Source of the DNA: Candidatus Poribacteria bacterium
GTDB lineage: Bacteria; Poribacteria; WGA-4E; WGA-3G
Reading direction: 5' to 3'
Length of the DNA: 64,000 nucleotides
NCBI GenBank assembly: GCA_028821605.1
Contig: JAPPFM010000056.1
Coordinates: 135,466-199,465, forward strand
The translations under genes and the position numbers were made by a program. Below, piece after piece: positions 58,501 to 64,000 of this stretch; the first letter of the stretch is position 1, and each line of letters starts with the position of its first letter. The notes beneath the pieces are model-generated. The model was not told where the DNA came from. It ran no database searches and saw only the letters and a list, made by a program, of their open reading frames with translations.

Positions 58501-61487
58501 TAAGGATTGATCACAATCCTATATCCGACTTATCGCCTATTGCAGGTTTCACGCAATTAGAAGTACTATCAATAAACGAGTTCCCACTATCTGACATATC
58601 ACCACTTTCAGGATTAATTAACTTGAAAACCTTTCACTCTTGGGGCAGCCCGATCGTTGACATGTCACCGCTCGTCAACTTATCGAAACTGGAAACACTT
58701 GATCTCTGCGGTGCCAAATTAGCAAATATACCATCTTTAGATAACTTAAAAAGTTTGAAAACACTGTATCTTGTTGATTGCAATATTTCGGATGTATCGT
58801 CCTTGTCAAGTTTAAGAGGTTTAGAACATTTTACAAAACTGAATCTCCATAGAAACAACATTATCTCAGACATATCGCCTTTAGCAGTGCTAACTAACCT
58901 GAAATGGCTAAATCTTTCATGGAATAATATCTCGGATGTATCTGCTTTAACAGACCTAACCAATCTGAAATGGCTAAGCCTTGAATTAAACAATGTTTCT
59001 GACGTATCTCCTTTAGCAAAGTTAACTAACTTGGAATGGCTAAATCTTACCAAGAATCCAATACCAGATTTCTCCGCTTTAGCGGTTCTTTCACAAAGTG
59101 CAAATATTCTTACTGGCGAGGTTGTTATCCACGATCCGAACCTCCGCGATGCAATTGCAGAGACACTCGGTAAAGGTGATACTACAGTTGTTTCAATTAC
59201 CGCTGAGGAAATGGCTACATTGACAAGTCTTGTTGCCAATAACAGAGGCATTGAAGATTTGACGGGGCTTGAGTTTGCAACAAATATAAACAGTCTGGAC
59301 CTCAATGGCAATCAGATTAGTGACATTTCACCCTTATCAGAATTGGTTAACTTGTCTCATTTAGAGCTTCGCCGTAACCAGATTAGCGATATCTCAGCCC
59401 TCACAGGATTAACCAACATAGTTTCTTTAAATATACGAGTCAATCCACTATCTGACATCTCATCCCTCGCGAATCTAATGAAAATGGACTTTTTAGAGGT
59501 TACTGATACCAACGTTTCTGACCTGTCACCGCTAGCAGAATTGGATAATCTGCGCGAATTTAAATCTTGGCACAGTCCTATATCTGACCTCTCTCCATTG
59601 GCACATCTAACCGTTATAGATGTATGTGGTGCCCCCATATCGGATCTCTCGGCACTGACAAACTCAACAAATTTGAGAGAGTTGTATCTTGTCAGAAACA
59701 ATATCTCAGATGTTTCATCCTTAGCGGGGTTAACAGGTTTAATACGTCTGAGTCTCGAGGGGAACAAAATATCGGATATATCGCCGCTTGTGGGTTTAAC
59801 GAACTTGAAATCACTAGCACTTCAGCACAACTCAATATCCGATTTTTCGCCTTTGGAACGATTAACTAAGACAACAGCTATATCTCGAGCCTTCAATCCT
59901 GGTTCACCCACAGGGGGTGCGAAGATAGAGGGACCTTGGCTATGGGTGACGGTCCCGGGAGATCACCTTGACAGCAGCACGGATTTACTCGCAGAAGCTA
60001 GTGGAGGTGACGTAACAGAACAGAACATTGCCATCAATGGTGTATCAGAAGGAATGTCTGTGGGACGCAATGTCTGGACAACTGGCAAGATTGCGCCTGA
60101 AGGACGCGCTAACATCACCGAAATGCTCAATTCTATCGGCATGGGAAACTATAGAGATAGTGGCAACCGTATCGTCTATGGTTCTGTAACCTTGGATTCA
60201 CCGCGTGAACAGAAGACAACAATGTTCGTGGGAAGCGATGACGGAATAAAGGTCTGGCTCAACGGTGAATTGGTTCACCAAGCACTTTTTTGGCATAGAG
60301 CTGAAGATTACCAGTATTTTTTCCCTGTCACCTTGAAACGTGGAAAAAATGTCTTGTTGGTCGCAGTTGACGGCAGGGGTTGGAACTCGAACAACGGTTT
60401 TTTTGGATTTGAAGTGGGTACAGAATACACTCTGCCAAACCCGCGTGTCAGATATATCTTCTCTGAGCCTTCAATCCATTCAGGTGATACCTTCACCCTC
60501 CAAATTGAAGCAGAAGATGTTTACGATTTAGCGGGATGGCAATTTAATATTGCGTTCGATTCTACCCCACTCGAAGCCGTTGAAGTCAACGAAGGCGATT
60601 TCCTCAAGACAGATGGTGGAACGACCTTCTTTCAGCAGGGTACAATTGATAACACTATAGGCAAAATTACCAAACTCAGTTCAGCAAGACTCAGCGAAGA
60701 CGGGGTCAGCGGTAAAGGTACGCTTCTGTCGGTGACATTTACAGCAAAAACAGCTGGACAAACGCAGTTGAAACTCGAAAATTTTCAACTCGCTGCTATC
60801 ACCGGTGTATCTATCCCTGCGGGTCCACATGAGGTTGTTATCACTGTAGAAGGGCAACTCGCTACTGGAGATGTGAATCGAGATGGACAGGTAAATATCC
60901 TGGATATGGTGCTTGTCGCTCGACACTTCGGGAAAACCGTGTCTGCCAACTCGGAAATTGACATGAATGGTGATGGTGTTGTCAATATCCAGGACCTTAT
61001 CATCGTGGCGCAACATCTCGGTGAATCAACCACCGCTGCATCACCTTCCGTCACTGCAGCAATAGACAACGGCGAACTAACGCCTGCGATGATACAAGCC
61101 TGGATCACGCAAGCGCAAATTGAAAACGACGGTTCCATCGCCTTCCAACAGGGCATCGCCAATCTTGAACGACTTTTGGCACTATTTATCCCAGAAGAAA
61201 CCGCCTTACTTCACAACTATCCAAACCCGTTCAACCCAGAGACGTGGATACCCTATCAACTGTCCGAACCGGCTGAGGTTACCTTGCGTATCTATGCTGT
61301 GAATGGCAGTTTGATCCGAACATTAGCATTAGGACAAATGCCCGCCGGCATCTACCAAACCCGCACCCGTGCCGCATATTGGGACGGCAAAAATAAGGTA
61401 GGCGAATCGGTCGCGAGTGGTGTCTATTTTTACACACTAACTGCAGGCGACTTTAACGCCACGAAAAAAATGTTGATAAGGAAATAG
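55596..61487 (+). CDS. giant (1963-aa) secreted multidomain protein: planctomycete-type cytochrome-c (PSCyt1-like, CxxCH) module, three leucine-rich-repeat blocks, beta-sandwich domain, cohesin-like domain, dockerin, Por_Secre_tail-like C-terminus
   Basis: Signal peptide. CLNCHGPSG...IIPGNPENSEFYKRLLGP...QMP (PSCyt1 pattern) and a second CIGCHT. About 37 22-aa LRRs (L.L..N.ISD.SPLA.LT.L). TFTLQIEAEDVYDLAGWQFNIAFDS...EGDFL (cohesin-like). DVNRDGQVNILDMVLVARHFG / DMNGDGVVNIQDLIIVAQHLG (dockerin). C-terminus NYPNPFNPETWIPYQL...SGVYFYTLTAGDFNATKKMLIRK. Confidence 0.8.
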   Translation: MMVKIGKYLPIVILICVGLAFATADAQENLAQQVSAIFQQNCLNCHGPSGSFKEALLLDRTALIDTQVIIPGNPENSEFYKRLLGPTEKGPQMPLNLPPLSPEAIETIARWITAGAPDWDVQHDINFITTDTILNTIRNHLKSLDPFDRPSARYFTMTHLYNAGESPETLSDYRIALSKLINSLSWKFEITNPTPIDEAQTIFHIDLRRYEWNNIRTDVWTQIEQVYPYNIVFDPETQAGLLEKLTHLQTEMGSTVPFVHVDWFLTTASLPPLYHDILGLPQTDRVLEAQLEVNVASNIRNAPGINVWRAGFNDSGVSSNNRVVERHTSRYGAYWKSYDFAGSVGSQNIFTHPLDFTHDGGEIIFNLPNGLQAYLLVDVNGNRLNDAPIDIVRNLAASNPTVRNGLSCIGCHTQGMKKFEDSVRVAIEQDDNPPYNKEQALRLYAKQSVLDNLVAKDTLRFQQALEKIGGPFADDASRQRFFKQHENEPIQRFHESFQSPLNASDAAAAVGLETEAFLTQIREKQSLKNLGLQTLIDVKGTVKRDAWTSNFDDVISALNTPDSILPPVVQRPERIPGAGVYIPDPNLRAAIAEALGKAPGDPITVEDMAMLADLDARNYDEPRKENINNLTGLEFAVNLKFLHIGGNSVSDLSPLAGLIKLDFLDVQDNLISDILPLKGLTRLKDLVLTDNVISDFSPLMELTTLKEVWISDSPAFDLSLLGRLINLEGVHAWDVPIKDLSPLAGLTKLRWLDFGRIPISDLAPLANLTNLRKLIFYDCGIEDISSLAGLKELRSLIIPHNAISDLSPLAGLTRLETLHIVNNQISDVSPLAGLTNLGELNLRNNSITDFSPLEALSQNTNILTGEVAIPDLNLRDAIAEALGKGDTTVVSITAEEMATLTSLVVNDRGIQDLIGLEFAINLENLWFEHNQVSDLSSIAKLTKLRELRFVSNQVSDLSSIAKLTKLRELRIDHNPISDLSPIAGFTQLEVLSINEFPLSDISPLSGLINLKTFHSWGSPIVDMSPLVNLSKLETLDLCGAKLANIPSLDNLKSLKTLYLVDCNISDVSSLSSLRGLEHFTKLNLHRNNIISDISPLAVLTNLKWLNLSWNNISDVSALTDLTNLKWLSLELNNVSDVSPLAKLTNLEWLNLTKNPIPDFSALAVLSQSANILTGEVVIHDPNLRDAIAETLGKGDTTVVSITAEEMATLTSLVANNRGIEDLTGLEFATNINSLDLNGNQISDISPLSELVNLSHLELRRNQISDISALTGLTNIVSLNIRVNPLSDISSLANLMKMDFLEVTDTNVSDLSPLAELDNLREFKSWHSPISDLSPLAHLTVIDVCGAPISDLSALTNSTNLRELYLVRNNISDVSSLAGLTGLIRLSLEGNKISDISPLVGLTNLKSLALQHNSISDFSPLERLTKTTAISRAFNPGSPTGGAKIEGPWLWVTVPGDHLDSSTDLLAEASGGDVTEQNIAINGVSEGMSVGRNVWTTGKIAPEGRANITEMLNSIGMGNYRDSGNRIVYGSVTLDSPREQKTTMFVGSDDGIKVWLNGELVHQALFWHRAEDYQYFFPVTLKRGKNVLLVAVDGRGWNSNNGFFGFEVGTEYTLPNPRVRYIFSEPSIHSGDTFTLQIEAEDVYDLAGWQFNIAFDSTPLEAVEVNEGDFLKTDGGTTFFQQGTIDNTIGKITKLSSARLSEDGVSGKGTLLSVTFTAKTAGQTQLKLENFQLAAITGVSIPAGPHEVVITVEGQLATGDVNRDGQVNILDMVLVARHFGKTVSANSEIDMNGDGVVNIQDLIIVAQHLGESTTAASPSVTAAIDNGELTPAMIQAWITQAQIENDGSIAFQQGIANLERLLALFIPEETALLHNYPNPFNPETWIPYQLSEPAEVTLRIYAVNGSLIRTLALGQMPAGIYQTRTRAAYWDGKNKVGESVASGVYFYTLTAGDFNATKKMLIRK

Positions 61488-61488
61488 T

Positions 61489-61580
61489 TCTCGGTTATCA
61501 GTTGTCAGTTAAGCCTTGTGGCAGTTGTACGTTACATGACTTCCACAACCCTCACTTTAACCTAAAACTGATAACTGAAA
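61489..61580. repeat. MITE-like palindromic element copy (CGGTTATCAGTTGTCAGTTAAG ... CTGATAACTGAAAG) with TTGTGGCAG...CCACAA core
   Basis: Lies between the stop of the giant gene and the transporter gene. Its arms match the family consensus. Confidence 0.6.
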
Positions 61581-61626
61581 GCCTGTATAGCAGGCGTGCC
61601 GACAACGAATAAAAGGGAGTCAAACT

Positions 61627-63222
61627 ATGAATGAAAACGAAAATGGAAGTAAGCCAAAGGTCAGTCTCGGTCTACTTTACGGAATTATCATTGCCATTGT
61701 TGCTGGTGCACTTATTGGAGGTTATGCCCCAGACTATGCAATCCACACAACAATCCTCGGTGAGATATTCTTAAACCTATTGAAGATGATAGTGGTACCG
61801 CTTGTCGTCTTGTCTATGATAGTCGGGATAACGAATTTAGGCGACATCCGTAACATCGGTTCCATCGGCGGACGGACTGTGCTGTACTACATGGCGACAA
61901 CCGCGCTCTCCGTTCTCGTTGGGATAATTCTCGTGAACATCATCTCACCGGGGAAGGGGTTATCACAAGGCGAAGAGCGTGCCGATCTGAGTTACACACT
62001 CTCTGGTGCTGAGATGCTCACGCTTGAAATGAGTGGCGAATTCAATCGGACCTATAACAATAAATATGTGATTACCCTCACGGACCAGGACATCCGTGGT
62101 GAAGTCGAATCCATTGACGGAACAACAGTCACAGTAAAATCGTGGCAACCCTTCAGGGATGCCCGTTACGTCACCACAGACGATGGGGAACGCTTGTTAT
62201 TCTCTGACGGTCAGCTCGTCCGGATAGAACCCGAAAGTACCGGTGAAGGCATTGACATCAGTTTGCCGATCGCCACAAGAATGTCCGACAAAACCGAGCG
62301 GACGATGGGTAATACCATCAAAGAGGTGTTCCTCGGCAACGAGAAGACCGGCAAAGAGGGGATGATCCCCTCAAACGTCTTCAAAGCGATGGTGCACACC
62401 GACATTCTGCCCTTAATCTTCTTCTCGCTCCTTATCGGTGCGGCTTTATCCATGCTTGGTGATGTTGGGAAACCCGTCATCTCTGTGATTTCGGGGTTAA
62501 ATGAGGCGGTGATGAAACTCGTCCATTGGATAATGTATGTCGCGCCTGTAGGTATCTTCGGTTTAATCGCAGGTAGGATCGGCGAGGCAAAAGGGTTCGC
62601 AGGTTTCTGGCCCGAACTTATCGCAGTTGGTAAGTATAGTGCGACAGTTATTTTAGGGCTTGGCGTACACGCTGTTATCATTTTACCGATACTCTTACTG
62701 TTCCTCGGACGTAGAAATCCGCTTAACTATTTCAAAGGTATGGCAACCGCTTTACTCAACGCCTTTTCGACAGCGAGTTCAAGTGCGACTTTGCCCCTAA
62801 CGATGGAGGGCGTTGAAAACCAGAACGGTGTCTCCAGACGCACCTCCAGTTTCGTGCTTCCGTTGGGCGCAACCATCAACATGGATGGCACCGCACTCTA
62901 TGAGGCAGTCGCTGTCATGTTCATCGCGCAGGTCTATGCAATTTCCATGGATCCAGCACAACAAATAGTTGTCGTGTTGACCGCGACTTTGGCAGCTATC
63001 GGCGCAGCGGGGATACCGGAAGCAGGGCTTGTTACAATGGTTATCGTACTCAGAGCCGTCGATCTCCCGGTTGAGGGGATAACGCTCATTCTTTCCATTG
63101 ATTGGCTACTCGACCGATTCCGTACCGCAGTTAACGTCTGGGGCGACAGCATTGGCGCAGGCGTGATTGAGACGTATGAATCCAGAGACAGCGATACAAC
63201 CGAAGCCCCAGCTACCACATAG
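61627..63222 (+). CDS. dicarboxylate/amino-acid:cation symporter (DAACS/GltP family) with about 130-aa insertion in the TM3-TM4 loop
   Basis: FLNLLKMIVVPLVVLSMIVGI, SSSATLPLT and NMDGTALYEAVAVMFIAQ are DAACS hallmarks. 531 aa against about 420-440 typical. Confidence 0.75.
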   Translation: MNENENGSKPKVSLGLLYGIIIAIVAGALIGGYAPDYAIHTTILGEIFLNLLKMIVVPLVVLSMIVGITNLGDIRNIGSIGGRTVLYYMATTALSVLVGIILVNIISPGKGLSQGEERADLSYTLSGAEMLTLEMSGEFNRTYNNKYVITLTDQDIRGEVESIDGTTVTVKSWQPFRDARYVTTDDGERLLFSDGQLVRIEPESTGEGIDISLPIATRMSDKTERTMGNTIKEVFLGNEKTGKEGMIPSNVFKAMVHTDILPLIFFSLLIGAALSMLGDVGKPVISVISGLNEAVMKLVHWIMYVAPVGIFGLIAGRIGEAKGFAGFWPELIAVGKYSATVILGLGVHAVIILPILLLFLGRRNPLNYFKGMATALLNAFSTASSSATLPLTMEGVENQNGVSRRTSSFVLPLGATINMDGTALYEAVAVMFIAQVYAISMDPAQQIVVVLTATLAAIGAAGIPEAGLVTMVIVLRAVDLPVEGITLILSIDWLLDRFRTAVNVWGDSIGAGVIETYESRDSDTTEAPATT

Positions 63223-63239
63223 CAACCTCTGATATGTTT

Positions 63240-63335
63240 AATCTGGAAGCATGGAAGTCTCAGCCTTCCATCCCTTCCGTTGAAAAATCGAAAACTGGAA
63301 GTATGGAAGGTTGGAAAAATCTCCTTCCATCCTTC
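63240..63335. terminator. two GGAAG-based hairpins (atggaag-tctcagc-cttccat; atggaaggttggaaaaatctccttccat) downstream of the transporter gene
   Basis: Inverted repeats read directly from the sequence. The ORF 63234..63437 over them is not protein-like. Confidence 0.35.
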
Positions 63336-63364
63336 CTTATACCGTTAATCTGTTTCTGTAAACA

Positions 63365-64000
63365 TAATGAGCACTCGAACCGAACCGAACCCACAGCAAC
63401 CAGCACTCAACGGTGCAGCAATCCTCGCAATTATTAGTGTCGTGCTCGCCGCGGGGTGGATAGCATTCGCCTACTACAAAGGATCTTCCGCAGAGAGTAG
63501 CCGGATCCTGCTCTTACACCCGATAGTGCCGATACTGTTGATTGTGTTGCTTATCCGCGTTTACCGCTGGATCGACATCAGAAGTATCGTCATTCTGGAA
63601 ATACTGATGATTGCTCTGTGGATTTTTATACGTTTGTTAGGTGTGCTAACGCCTTTCATTTTGGGGTTCGGATTTGCTTATATCTTCAGGTTTCTCTGGA
63701 ATTCTTTTCCCTTCAAAGCGCGCTACCAACGCGGCATCGCAACTGTACTGATTGTGCTCCTCTGTGGCGGGCTGCTTTTCTACACAGGAAAACAGGTTAG
63801 CAAGCAAGCGAGCCAAATGGGAAGTGGATTGCTGAAGTTTTATCATGAAACTATGCTTCCGTATGCCATAGGTGAAACCTTTGAGGCAGTTGCTATCAGT
63901 AGAGGTGAGGTTACCTCACCCCTACATGAGGACGAGATTACAGAAAGAAACGAACAAGCGACAGAAACGTTCTATCTCGGGACGAATCATGGGGTTTATG
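63365..64000 (+). CDS. 3'-partial polytopic membrane protein (AI-2E/UPF0118-like transporter N-terminus)
   Basis: Frame-2 ORF open to the window end and absent from the ORF track: MSTRTEPNPQQPALNGAAILAIISVVLAAGWIAF...LLGVLTPFILGFGFAYIF... Confidence 0.4.

Noticed and set aside
58634-59311. 225-aa antisense ORF within the LRR region
   Set aside because: Periodic LRR DNA produces long open frames on both strands. The sense frame gives canonical L.L..N LRRs.

Overview
Dense bacterial chromosomal segment, about 50% GC, with genes on both strands and no rRNA, tRNA or CRISPR array. The taxon cannot be determined from the sequence alone. The content suggests a PVC-group or sponge-symbiont-type candidate phylum (Poribacteria-like): five PhyH dioxygenase paralogs, huge secreted proteins with YWTD and leucine-rich repeats plus cohesin/dockerin modules and Por_Secre_tail-like C-termini, a planctomycete-type cytochrome-c motif, an FGE-sulfatase gene, and three Uma2 (DUF820) paralogs. 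Housekeeping genes are scattered through the window: cysteine desulfurase, gap-tpiA-secG, aspS, a TrmJ-like methylase, two Gfo/Idh/MocA oxidoreductases and a uxaC-like isomerase. The most accessory-looking part is 14.4-19.9 kb. It holds a GIY-YIG gene, a 985-aa MmeI-like PD-ExK nuclease fused to a gamma-class N6-adenine methyltransferase (candidate Type IIG/IIL RM), an AT-rich orphan PD-(D/E)xK-like gene (about 35% GC against about 50% for the window), and a DUF433/DUF5615 toxin-antitoxin-like pair. Other notable content: (1) two tandem copies of the circularly permuted ATP-grasp / alpha-E / transglutaminase module (Rv2566-Rv2569c-like), with a 27-nt leader motif shared by three genes; (2) a family of at least five palindromic MITE-like intergenic elements (TIR GTTATCGGTTGTCGGTTAAGAG), one of which supplies the C-terminal tail and stop codon of tpiA, and a possible in-frame degenerate copy inside a fused spermidine-synthase gene; (3) a secreted LamG x2 + PhyH x2 operon next to a TonB-dependent receptor and an ECF sigma / anti-sigma fusion protein; (4) a candidate about 230-nt structured sRNA at 8.13-8.36 kb; (5) several large recent tandem duplications inside coding repeats.
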